NCBI RefSeq assembly: GCF_055395405.1
Contig: NZ_AP038243.1
Reading direction: 5' to 3' (one strand)
DNA: 24,000 nt
Positions 7,853 through 15,681 of the stretch are shown one piece after another. Positions within the stretch are counted from its first letter, which is position 1. Each line of letters starts with the position of its first letter. Both the position numbers and the translations under genes were made by a program. The notes under the pieces were generated by a model. The model ran no database searches, had not been told where the DNA came from, and saw only the letters and a program-made list of their open reading frames with translations.

Positions 7853-8175
7853 GATGTACCTCCTGGTTGCAGGGTGACTGTATCATCAGACCTTATCATG
7901 CGTTTAAAAAATGTCCGGCAACTCACACTTTTCGGTAAGGAGGTGGCTATTACTGCAAATGATGATGTCTCGGTTTTTATTTTTTATTCAATATTTTCAT
8001 CCTGTTATTGTTATTATGTTTGTCCATACCCTGTGTGGTTCCCCGTTCTTTACATTCAGGCACTTCCGTTTCCTTTAACGTTTTCGTTACTCTCTGAAGC
8101 TTGTGGTATCTGTGATGGCTGATTCCTGCCGTCATACTGCGAAATTCCGGATATCAGACCGTGGAGGATTCTGCC

Positions 8176-8748
8176 ATGCAACGCTGGTTTCTGCCTTTTC
8201 TTTCGACTCTGTTGCTGTTACAGGGTTGTGTTGCCGCTGCGCTGGTCGGTACGGCTGCTGTGGGTACTAAAGTGTCAGTGGACCCCCGAAGTGCGGGAAC
8301 GCAGATTGATGATGAAATTCTGGAAGCAAGGGTCAGCCGTGCGCTGTCGAAGGACTCACAACTCAGGGGGGATGCGCGAATCATCGTCACAGCATACCAG
8401 GGCACTGTACTGCTGACAGGGCAGGCACCAGACCGTAGTGCAGGTGAAAAAGCCCGTCAGATTGCAGATGGTGTTGAGGGGACTGTGCAGGTATGGAATG
8501 AAATAAGGACGGGAAAACCACTTCGGGCTGATAAAACAGCTACTGATGCGTGGCTGACCACAAAAATCCGGGCACAGTTACTGAAGAGCAGCAGGGTGAA
8601 ACTGTCAGATGTAAAGGTACTGACGGAGAATGGTGAAGTCTTTCTTATGGGGAGAGTTACAGAGAAGGAAGGACAGGCTGCTGCTGATATCGCCAGTCGC
8701 GTGGCGGGGGTGAAACACGTCATCACCGCATTCAGTTATATACGATGA
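8176..8748 (+). CDS. BON-domain outer-membrane lipoprotein, paralogue of DolP (YraP)
   Basis: The track ORF starts at GTG 8161. The ATG at 8176, with GGAGGA upstream, gives MQRWFLPFLSTLLLLQGC with a lipobox (LLQGC). The rest is colinear with DolP/YraP as I remember it (LLQGCVAAA.VGTAAVGTK...DPRS.GTQ.DD..LE.RV..ALSKD.Q......I.VTAYQG.VLL.GQ.P...NGEVFLMG.VTE.E...AADIASRV.GVK.V.TAF). Confidence 0.75.
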   Translation: MQRWFLPFLSTLLLLQGCVAAALVGTAAVGTKVSVDPRSAGTQIDDEILEARVSRALSKDSQLRGDARIIVTAYQGTVLLTGQAPDRSAGEKARQIADGVEGTVQVWNEIRTGKPLRADKTATDAWLTTKIRAQLLKSSRVKLSDVKVLTENGEVFLMGRVTEKEGQAAADIASRVAGVKHVITAFSYIR

Positions 8749-8794
8749 GTATGGAGAGCCTGTTCGTTCGGGCTCTGTATTCAACTTCACCCGT

Positions 8795-9148
8795 TCATCC
8801 CTGGCGTTGCCAGGTAGCACTTCCGTTCTTACAGTCAACGCGCACACGATACTGAATATCTGCTTTCTTTCCACGGGCAGTGAGATGCACCGTGATGACA
8901 TTATCACCTTTATTTACCGGCTCACGAAGATTCACCCAGACAACGGGGCGCAGCTGACCGAGAATTTCCTGGTCATCTTTCCACTGAAGCACCTGTTTCT
9001 GGAGATAGTCCCGTTTTACGCTGGCTGCAACAGTCGATGCTTCCTGCCCTTCACATCGTGGAAAACTGACGGTTCTGTTTTTTTCAGCGGCCAGTGATGA
9101 TGTACAGATACCGAAGATGAGCAGAATGGAAGAGAGTGCTTTGTTCAT
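8795..9148 (-). CDS. YebF-family secreted protein (paralogue)
   Basis: A 117-aa ORF with a GGAGG Shine-Dalgarno 9 nt upstream and a signal peptide (MNKALSSILLIFGICTSSLAA). The mature part is colinear with E. coli YebF from memory (V.FP.CE.....AASVKRDY.......W.DDQ.I.GQ..PV.WV.L......RGK.ADI.Y.V.VDCK.G.A..QR). Confidence 0.75.
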   Translation of the reverse strand: MNKALSSILLIFGICTSSLAAEKNRTVSFPRCEGQEASTVAASVKRDYLQKQVLQWKDDQEILGQLRPVVWVNLREPVNKGDNVITVHLTARGKKADIQYRVRVDCKNGSATWQRQG

Positions 9149-9462
9149 TTACAGGACCTCCACAGGGAATAGTTTCATTGCGGAGTTACATTTTAACAAC
9201 GTAAAACAGCATTTCCCGTAACAATCCTCACATAACTTCTTATCCCGTCACTTCCCGTTTCACATGAGCAGCACAGTCTGTTTTTTAACCCGTTTTTCAC
9301 TCATTTCCATAAACAAATCTTCGCTGACGATAAATCTTTTTTCTGCTTAACGATCGATTTTATCGATCGATACGATCTGTACAATTCATTTTACCAATGA
9401 GAAATCCGTCTTAAAATTGGACAAATTCATATGTCTGAAGGAAACATCAGGAGAGGTGGATT

Positions 9463-10212
9463 GTGAAAAAGTTACTGGCACTCACTGCGGTAGCTGCGCT
9501 TACCGGTACGTTTTCAACGCTGACGCTGGCAGATGCGGATAAAACCGGTTTCTATATCACGGGTAAGGCTGGTGCATCTGTTATCACTCAGGATAATCAG
9601 CGCTTTAGTCAGGACTTTGGGGATGATGTTTATAAGTATAAAGGCGGTGACAAGAGCGATACGGTTTTTGGTGCTGGCCTTGCGGTGGGATACGACTTTT
9701 ATCAGCACTACAATGTCCCTGTACGCACGGAAGTTGAATTCTATGGTCGCGGCTCTGCGAATTCCCGCTATCCACTGGATACATGGGAGTCCCCGTCTGG
9801 AGATAATGGTTGGAAGGAAGACACACAAAACAGGCTCAGCGTGAATACCCTGATGGTGAACACGTATTATGATTTCAGAAACAGCAGTGCTTTCACTCCG
9901 TGGGTATCAGCCGGACTGGGTTATGCGCGGGTACATCATAAGGCAACATACACCGATACCTCCTGGAATAAATCAGGTGAAGTAAGTGATGCTTCTTCAT
10001 TACATTACTCGGGATATGATAACAATTTCGCATGGAGCCTTGGTGTTGGCGTGAAATATGAGGTCACCCCGGATTTCAGTCTTGACCTTGCTTATCGCTA
10101 TCTTGATGCAGGTGATTCAACCCTGACGTATGAAGACGGGCAGGATACATATAAATCCTCTGTTGATGTCAGAAGTAACGAATTTACGTTAGGTGCTACA
10201 TACAGCTTCTGA
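9463..10212 (+). CDS. outer-membrane beta-barrel protein of the Tia/Hek/Hra1 adhesin-invasin type
   Basis: A 249-aa ORF with a GTG start and GGAGAGGTGG upstream. It has a signal peptide ending LTLADA and the C-terminal beta-signal ...LGATYSF. Blocks match Tia/Hek as I recall them (KTGFY.TGKAG.SV....QRF, KYKGGD..DTVF..G.AVGYDFY, PVRTE.EFY.RG, VNTLM.N.YYDFRN.SAFTPWVSAG.GYAR, DNFAWSLG.GV.Y.VTPD..LDL.YRYLDAGDS). Confidence 0.65.
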   Translation: MKKLLALTAVAALTGTFSTLTLADADKTGFYITGKAGASVITQDNQRFSQDFGDDVYKYKGGDKSDTVFGAGLAVGYDFYQHYNVPVRTEVEFYGRGSANSRYPLDTWESPSGDNGWKEDTQNRLSVNTLMVNTYYDFRNSSAFTPWVSAGLGYARVHHKATYTDTSWNKSGEVSDASSLHYSGYDNNFAWSLGVGVKYEVTPDFSLDLAYRYLDAGDSTLTYEDGQDTYKSSVDVRSNEFTLGATYSF

Positions 10213-10297
10213 ATGTAATATCTGACTACACGTTGTTAAATTCAAAATCGCAGCGTGTGGTCTGATTTGATAGTTTAATACAACAGACACGTACCTT

Positions 10298-10387
10298 CAT
10301 GGCACTTCCTCAGCCCCCGGTTACATTCATTTGTACCAGATGTAAGTGGCGTAAAACCATTGTCCAAATAGTGGTTCTAAAAGATTA
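10298..10387 (+). pseudogene. truncated copy of the small zinc-ribbon gene found intact at 10869-11060
   Basis: It reads MALPQPPVTFICTRCKWRKTIVQIVVLKD*. The first 22 residues parallel MIFPCPPITFICTNCQWSKTIIH of the downstream gene. The second CxxC pair is missing, and I see no convincing Shine-Dalgarno. Confidence 0.5.
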
Positions 10388-10424
10388 GATACTCATTTAG
10401 ATATTATATAGCATAAGGTGATAT

Positions 10425-10778
10425 ATGGGATTTTGGGATGCTATAATGGGATTCGGTAAGCTTGCTTCTAATGCTGCTGCTGAAACGATGAAAAAAGCTA
10501 ATTTCAATGTGTGGGATAAAATAAAATCATCTCCGGTAGAAAGAATTAACGATTTTTATAACCAAAATAATACATCTGAGCATAATCGGCCAGCATGCAG
10601 AGGATTGGCTATTGCTGCTCTATGTTTTAGGGGGGATTGGAGCGGGGAGCGTTTATGGCGTGAAGATCAGGAGGCTGCTAATTGGTTAAAGAATTTTAGA
10701 ATAAAAATTTCACTGGATACATGTGATTCTGCAGATGAACTACGTAAAATAATCGATCGTCTTACAGAACTGAATTGA
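10425..10778 (+). CDS. hypothetical protein (117 aa), no recognisable family
   Basis: The ORF has an AAGGTGA Shine-Dalgarno 4 nt upstream of the ATG and lies in very AT-rich DNA. The sequence is MGFWDAIMGFGKLASNAAAETMKK...ADELRKIIDRLTELN. I see no signal peptide or transmembrane segment. Confidence 0.55.
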   Translation: MGFWDAIMGFGKLASNAAAETMKKANFNVWDKIKSSPVERINDFYNQNNTSEHNRPACRGLAIAALCFRGDWSGERLWREDQEAANWLKNFRIKISLDTCDSADELRKIIDRLTELN

Positions 10779-10868
10779 TTACTGGAGGTGAAGTTATTTT
10801 TATAGGGATAAATCGAAAATATTTACATGTCCCTGTAAGTGTTATTTATATATCGAGAGTGTGAGCCA

Positions 10869-11060
10869 ATGATTTTTCCCTGTCCACCCATTACATTTAT
10901 CTGTACAAATTGTCAATGGAGTAAAACTATTATTCATATGAATTGTACAGCAGGATTTTATGAATGTCCTGTGTGTGGAGAGAAAGTTATTTATAAACGT
11001 AAGGCTACAATTACAGAAAATCTTTTTGCCAGAGCAATACAATTGTTTCTCAAAAAATAA
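10869..11060 (+). CDS. small zinc-ribbon protein (63 aa, CxxC...CxxC)
   Basis: From the ATG at 10869 (the track ORF begins at GTG 10839) it reads MIFPCPPITFICTNCQWSKTIIHMNCTAGFYECPVCGEKVIYKRKATITENLFARAIQLFLKK. There are two CxxC pairs 20 residues apart. The Shine-Dalgarno is weak. A truncated paralogue lies 570 bp upstream. Confidence 0.5.
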   Translation: MIFPCPPITFICTNCQWSKTIIHMNCTAGFYECPVCGEKVIYKRKATITENLFARAIQLFLKK

Positions 11061-11151
11061 TATTATTTAATTGGTGATAATACTGGTGTTCCGATATCTG
11101 TCGGAGATAGTTTTTAGAAAGTGATCGTGAAATTTTTAGGTGTTTTGTTGT

Positions 11152-11808
11152 ATGACTGATAATGAAAATATTCTCACGCCATCAAAAATCATAAAATTTC
11201 TGGATTACGCTTATGAAAAATCCATCGATGGTATTGGTATCCCAGGAATTGATACGGCACATAGTCTTGCGGAAAGTTATCTGAAAACGGGTAGTAGTTT
11301 AAAAGAACAGATAAATAGCCTTATTCGATGGCAAAATACCAAGTCAGCCACATCAGGTTTTCTTACTGGTCTTGGAGGAATTATTACATTACCAGTAACT
11401 ATACCGACCAATATTTCAAGTGTCCTTTTCATTCAGGTCAGGATGGTTGCATCTATTGCGATCATGTGTGGCCAGGATATTCGTGATGATAAAGTCAGAA
11501 CTATTGTTTATACCTGTCTTGTAGGTAATGCTGCGAAAGATATTTTGAAGGAAGCAGGAATTCAGATAGGACAAAAGTTGACAACAAATGCAATTAGATG
11601 TATTAGTAAAGATATTATTGTAAAGATAAATAAGGCAGTCGGTTTCAGACTGCTTACAAAAACAGGTGCTACTGGTGTTATTAATATGTCAAAGTTTGTT
11701 CCTGTTGTAGGAGGAATCGTTGGTGGTAGTCTTGATGCGATAACAACCAACATCGTTGGTAATTATGCCAGAGATACATTCCTGAGTTTGATTGATAATG
11801 ATTTATAA
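11152..11808 (+). CDS. EcsC-family protein
   Basis: The track ORF starts at GTG 11140, but the ATG at 11152 (MTDNENILTPSK...) is more plausible. The sequence carries blocks I associate with the EcsC family (LIRWQNTKSATSGFLTGLGGIITLPVTIPTNISSVLFIQVRMVASIA...VGFRLLTKTGATGVINMSKFVPVVGGIVGGSLDAITT). Confidence 0.65.
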   Translation: MTDNENILTPSKIIKFLDYAYEKSIDGIGIPGIDTAHSLAESYLKTGSSLKEQINSLIRWQNTKSATSGFLTGLGGIITLPVTIPTNISSVLFIQVRMVASIAIMCGQDIRDDKVRTIVYTCLVGNAAKDILKEAGIQIGQKLTTNAIRCISKDIIVKINKAVGFRLLTKTGATGVINMSKFVPVVGGIVGGSLDAITTNIVGNYARDTFLSLIDNDL

Positions 11809-12120
11809 AATAAACGTTTCATAAAAAATAGTATTTGAGGTGTGCTGACGATAGTGGATACTGTAGTATTATTGTTTCAAGTTGCACAAATTTTAACTAA
11901 CATTAGGTGTAAAATTATCCTGACTGGCAGGTAATACTGCCGCTTAATATGGAAAGGTTGTATTAAACTGCAAGGAGAATTTCATCGCATATCCTTACCC
12001 ACAAAATTGGGTAGGGCAAGATCATGAACGTTTTTTGAACAAAAATAGAGTGATTGACCTGCTGAGCCTGTTGTGATCTTATGCTTTCTTTTAGAGGCAT
12101 AAAGATGAACATCAATACTA

Positions 12121-12264
12121 TTAAGCAGCATTTTTCCACATCCGTTCAATCGGATTCAGATTCGGACTATAAGGAGGAAGGTAATGCAACCTTATATTGA
12201 CCACTTCCGCCCAGTCCTTTACTAACTGTGAGCGGTGGTAACCGCAGGGCAATCGCATGAAAAA
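12121..12264 (-). mobile_element. IS630/Tc1-mariner-family transposase fragment
   Basis: The reverse strand reads FFMRLPCGYHRSQLVKDWAEVVNIRLHYLPPYSPNLNPIERMWKNAA*. It contains the signature ...YHRS...L.YLPPYSP.LNPIE..W of IS630-family DDE transposases. It has no start codon and a premature end, and the sequence beyond it is degenerate. Confidence 0.7.
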
Positions 12265-12327
12265 TAATGATACGTGACATGCAGGATAAATATGTCAACA
12301 TAACCTTTTTTATCAAAGGGATATATT

Positions 12328-12782
12328 ATGTCTCATATACCGCCGGTTACCGATATATTCATCTCAATACATGATCCCTGTCAGCCCTGGACAAGTCAGG
12401 CACACTCTGGTTGATACATTGACCATTGCCGTTTGTGGTGTGCTGGTCGGTGCGGATAATTTTCAGGAAATTGAGCTCTGGGCAGGCAACGCATTGAGTG
12501 GCTCCGCCAGTTTTTTACCTCTAAAAAATGGCATACCTTCCCATGATACATTCGCCCGTCTTTTTGGGCTGATTGTCCCTGAGCAGTTTGAAGCTGCGTT
12601 CCGGCGATGGGGTTCAGAAGTCCTTCCTGTTTTATCTTCTCAGGTAGTCGCTATTGATGGAAAGACAAGTCGTCGCTCAGGAAGTCGCTGCCAGTCACCT
12701 CTTCATCGGGGGAATCAAAGCGCGATGGTTTATTGCAGCGACCTCGGTTGACTATATGCCTGCTCTTCTGGGGCTTAGCTGA
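12328..12782 (+). pseudogene. ISAs1-family (H-repeat-associated) transposase, frameshifted and internally deleted
   Basis: The ATG at 12328 gives MSHIPPVTDIFISIHDPCQ. A +1 slip in CCC leads into track ORF 12371-12751 (PGQVRHTLVDTLTIAVCGVLVGADNFQEIELWAG...GIPSHDTFARLFGLIVPEQFEAAFRRW...VVAIDGKTSRRS....PLH). This is the typical N-terminal domain. It then jumps straight to a C-terminal tail in another frame (GIKARWFIAATSVDYMPALLGLS*, stop at 12780-12782). The central DDE domain is missing. Confidence 0.7.
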
Positions 12783-12852
12783 GTTTCATTACATTTGTCC
12801 AGGTCAGGGGGAAGATCCTTACTGACCCCGGAATGGCATCCTGGTGCAGATA

Positions 12853-13908
12853 TTACTGATATTTCAGACTGTTCTGAAAGCAAATGTCTGCGGGGATCAG
12901 TTCTCCGGAAAACGGTAACATCCAGGGCCAGATCTCCTCCCCGTTCAATGTCCGTAATTTCTGAACGATTTCCTCAGAAAGACGATCATCAATTCTTTCC
13001 CGTAAGAGCTCCCGCTGCTGAAAAATGCTTTCATTCATTTCCTGATCATCTGCCCTTAACAGCATTTCAGCACACTTCATGAATTCAGCCCGTTCGCTCA
13101 GTACGCCAGACTGGTTGTAGAGCCAGTTAACAAATAACAATGCCTCGGGATATTTTCCCCATAACGGGCAGAATGTTTCATAATACTGTCTGGCTGTATC
13201 CGGCTCAGATGAATAATCATGCCAAAGGGCAAGCGGGAAGGGGTACAGATTTCCGCATAGAATCTCCGCGATATAAGTATTTTCTGCAAAGCCGCGCCGG
13301 AAAGCTGTCGCTGCCTTCACCGGCTCTCCATTAATAAAATGCAGAAGACCAAGCTCATACCAGTAAGGCGAAAATTCATCTGCATACTGCCGGAGAACAC
13401 AGAGAGCCCGTTCATGGTCACCAGAACGCAGTAGTTCCGGTCCCAGTAACCAGCGTGCTCCCGGATTATCTGAAGGATTGTAAGTCAGAATTTTATCAAT
13501 GAGCATGACAGCATTCTGATGATGCTGCAGGTGCACATTCGCGAGGATAGCGGCGTAAAGGGCATTCAGAAAGGGCCTGTTTTCCGGATGTAACCAGCTG
13601 ATTTCATCGGTGAAACCTTCGGGTATCAGTCGGTTACCTGCCGCCAGTCCTTTGAGTGCAATATTCAGCGCTTTTCGCGGTGTCTCCTGCTCCAGAAAGG
13701 CATATGCCATGTATGCATACGCATCAATAAAATCCGGTTCCTGTTGTGTGATACGCTTCAGGGCATTGATATAAGACCTGTCGCTGAGCTCATCCTCGTC
13801 AAAGGCGTCAAGCAGTTCGTCAAACTTCTCCAGTAGTGATTCATACCAGGTTTCCGGGAAAATGAAGCAGCCCTGATCATTCTTCACTTCAAAGCGTAAT
13901 CTGTTCAT
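12853..13908 (-). CDS. TPR-like helical-repeat protein (351 aa), function unknown
   Basis: An intact ORF, all-helical in character, with repeated aromatic/Ala/Leu spacing typical of TPR units (DAYAYMAYAFLEQETPRKALNIALKGL; NALYAAILANVHLQHHQNAVMLIDKILTYNPSD; YWYELGLLHFINGEPVKAATAFRRGF). It has no obvious Shine-Dalgarno, no signal peptide and no catalytic motif that I recognise. Confidence 0.6.
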   Translation of the reverse strand: MNRLRFEVKNDQGCFIFPETWYESLLEKFDELLDAFDEDELSDRSYINALKRITQQEPDFIDAYAYMAYAFLEQETPRKALNIALKGLAAGNRLIPEGFTDEISWLHPENRPFLNALYAAILANVHLQHHQNAVMLIDKILTYNPSDNPGARWLLGPELLRSGDHERALCVLRQYADEFSPYWYELGLLHFINGEPVKAATAFRRGFAENTYIAEILCGNLYPFPLALWHDYSSEPDTARQYYETFCPLWGKYPEALLFVNWLYNQSGVLSERAEFMKCAEMLLRADDQEMNESIFQQRELLRERIDDRLSEEIVQKLRTLNGEEIWPWMLPFSGELIPADICFQNSLKYQ

Positions 13909-14238
13909 ATGCTGAATCTGTTGTAAATCTGGAAAAACTTATGGTTCTTCAAGAATAAAACCCACGGCAGTTTGTATCAAGTTTCTTCTCATAACGGTAA
14001 CAGCAGGCCAGAGATATTTTTGTGTTAGTCATGGATTCATTTTTCAATGAGGAGCAATCAGCCTGACTGGTAATGATGCTGTAGAAATGTGGCTGCGAGG
14101 TCAGAACAGCAGTGTGCTGCTATATGAAAATGACGATGTGAAGCTATCATCATTTTGGTAAGGCGTCTTAGTGCGCTCATCAGATGATATTGAATATATC
14201 TCCTGAAGTCAGAAATCAAAAAATACAAATGGTAGTTA

Positions 14239-14271
14239 CCTCCCCACCAACCACAGCGGTTAGTGGGGAGG
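14239..14271 (-). terminator. stem-loop 2 nt after the integrase stop codon (possible terminator)
   Basis: CCTCCCCAC (14239-14247) pairs with GTGGGGAGG (14263-14271): a 9-bp perfect stem with a 15-nt loop. On the minus strand a T-rich stretch (TTTGTATTTTTTGATTT) follows only after about 10 nt, so this is not a canonical intrinsic terminator. Confidence 0.4.
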
Positions 14272-14273
14272 AC

Positions 14274-15467
14274 TTATTTCGTTTGTACTTTTTTCTCCAT
14301 AAGTGAATCAATGTAATCAGCGTACCACTGCATCATTTCACGACGTCCCTCCAGATATTGCGCATGGTTATAAGTGCCACGCATGACGTTTTTATCAACA
14401 TGGGCAAGCTGGAGTTCAATCCAGGCTGAGCTGAAATCATGGTCATGGAGAATGGTGCTGAAGGTATGACGAAATCCGTGGGCTGTTGTCAGGGCATGCC
14501 AGCCTGACTGCTCAAGGAATTCATTGATACACTTCCGGTTTCGCGGGAGATCTTTTCTGAATGCCCCGGGAATAATAAAGGCGGAATTACGCGATTCAGT
14601 GCGTGTTTTTATCTCCTCCAGTAACGCCAGTACCTGGCGTGAAAGCGGCACAACGTGCGGTCGTCGCATTTTCATTCTTTCTTTCGGAATAACCCACAGG
14701 GCATCCGTGAAATTAATTTCGTCCCAGGTTGCCAGTCGCAGTTCTCCGGTGCGAACAGCAGTCAAAACCAGCATCCGCGTTGCCAGCGACATCAGATTTC
14801 CGGAAGCCGTTATCTGATGCATGAAAGCTCCTATCTGTTCTTCAGAAAGCGTCCTGCGCTGTTGTTTTTCCGGAGGAAGCAGTACCCCGCTGAGTGTCGA
14901 TGCCGGATTAACGGTTGCACGTCCTGTTGCTATGGCATAATCAAAAACCTGCGCACAGAGCTGGCGTGTTTTACGCAGTGCTTCAAGTTTTCCCTGTTCT
15001 TCTATACTCCTCAGGACGTTCAGTATTTCCATGGGGCGGATCCCGGTCACAGGACGGTTTCCAAGAGCAGGGAAAACATGATTTTCAAGTCTTGCACGCT
15101 GGTCTGCCTGGTAACCTGTTGTCCATCGACGTGCCATATGAGTAAGCAGCTCCTCTGCAATGGTGCGAAATGTGCAGGCCATACTTTCCCTGATGGCAAG
15201 TTTTCGCGCCTGTTTTTCATACGACGGATCTTTGCCTTCAGCCAGAAGTTTACGTGCTTCATCCCGCTTCTGACGAGCCTGAGCCAGTGATATGTCAGGA
15301 TAGACACCAATCACCAGTTTCTTTTCCTTACCGGCAAACCGGTACTTCAGATTCCAGTAACGGGCACCGGATTTTTTGACAAGAAGATAAAGGCCCTGAC
15401 CGTCAGAAAGTTTGTAATCCTTGTCAGCAGGTTTAGCCGACTCAATTTGTCGAACAGTAAGTGGCAT
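14274..15467 (-). CDS. int: tyrosine recombinase, P4/CP4-57-type integrase
   Basis: A 397-aa ORF with the N-terminal arm-binding domain typical of P4-like integrases (MPLTVRQIESAKPADKDYKLSDGQGLYLLVKKSGARYWNLKYRFAGKEKKLVIGVYPDISLAQARQKRDEARKLLAEGKDP). The catalytic residues sit in the expected context (...TAVRTGELRLATWDEI..., HGFRHTFSTILHD, ...LAHVDKNVMRGTYNHAQY). Confidence 0.93.
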   Translation of the reverse strand: MPLTVRQIESAKPADKDYKLSDGQGLYLLVKKSGARYWNLKYRFAGKEKKLVIGVYPDISLAQARQKRDEARKLLAEGKDPSYEKQARKLAIRESMACTFRTIAEELLTHMARRWTTGYQADQRARLENHVFPALGNRPVTGIRPMEILNVLRSIEEQGKLEALRKTRQLCAQVFDYAIATGRATVNPASTLSGVLLPPEKQQRRTLSEEQIGAFMHQITASGNLMSLATRMLVLTAVRTGELRLATWDEINFTDALWVIPKERMKMRRPHVVPLSRQVLALLEEIKTRTESRNSAFIIPGAFRKDLPRNRKCINEFLEQSGWHALTTAHGFRHTFSTILHDHDFSSAWIELQLAHVDKNVMRGTYNHAQYLEGRREMMQWYADYIDSLMEKKVQTK

Positions 15468-15484
15468 GAGTTACCCCTGAAATG

Positions 15485-15508
15485 TAGCCCCCAGAATAGC
15501 CCCCAAAA
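15485..15508 (+). repeat. 12-bp tandem repeat TAGCCCCCAGAA / TAGCCCCCAAAA just upstream of the int start
   Basis: Read directly, with one mismatch between the units. A third CCCCCAGA copy lies at 15538-15545. Confidence 0.85.
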
Positions 15509-15575
15509 TCATCTTGATGTTCATGGAATATGATTGACCCCCAGAGAAAAGGAATTTCTGATGATATCTTATTTC

Positions 15576-15595
15576 AAAGGGGGTTAAAGGGGGAG
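15576..15595 (+). repeat. 10-bp tandem repeat AAAGGGGGTT / AAAGGGGGAG (G5 runs, opposite polarity to the C5 repeats)
   Basis: Read directly. It lies 67 bp from the C5 tandem repeat, inside the integrase-zntA junction. Confidence 0.85.
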
Positions 15596-15653
15596 GGGTT
15601 AGCTCTGTTGAAATCAGTTGATATCAATAGATCCTCCCCAGAGGAGCGAGGGG

Positions 15654-15681
15654 ACCGATCGCGCTCAATGTTGCGATCGGT
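15654..15681 (-). terminator. stem-loop 5 nt downstream of the zntA stop (ACCGATCGC-N10-GCGATCGGT)
   Basis: A 9-bp perfect inverted repeat, read directly. No U-tract follows on the minus strand, so its terminator function is uncertain. Confidence 0.45.

Noticed and set aside
7823-8122. 99-aa + strand ORF, and an alternative 39-codon Phe-rich mini-ORF (7958-8077, MMMSRFLFFIQYFHPVIVIMFVHTLCGSPFFTFRHFRFL) downstream of TAAGGAGGTG at 7935-7944
   Set aside because: The 99-aa ORF starts at a GTG inside the Grx-like gene's 5' end and has no family resemblance. The mini-ORF looked like a Phe leader peptide or a type I toxin. However, the Shine-Dalgarno to ATG spacing is 13-15 nt, which is too long, and the Phe richness is explained by the T-rich strand. 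It is worth only a glance in ribosome-profiling data.
12795-13082. 95-aa + strand ORF
   Set aside because: It overlaps the 3' end of the TPR-like gene in antisense and has no start signals.
14655-15290. 211-aa ORF on the + strand
   Set aside because: It is entirely antisense to the well-supported integrase gene, has no Shine-Dalgarno and has an odd Cys/Phe-rich composition. It is a shadow ORF.
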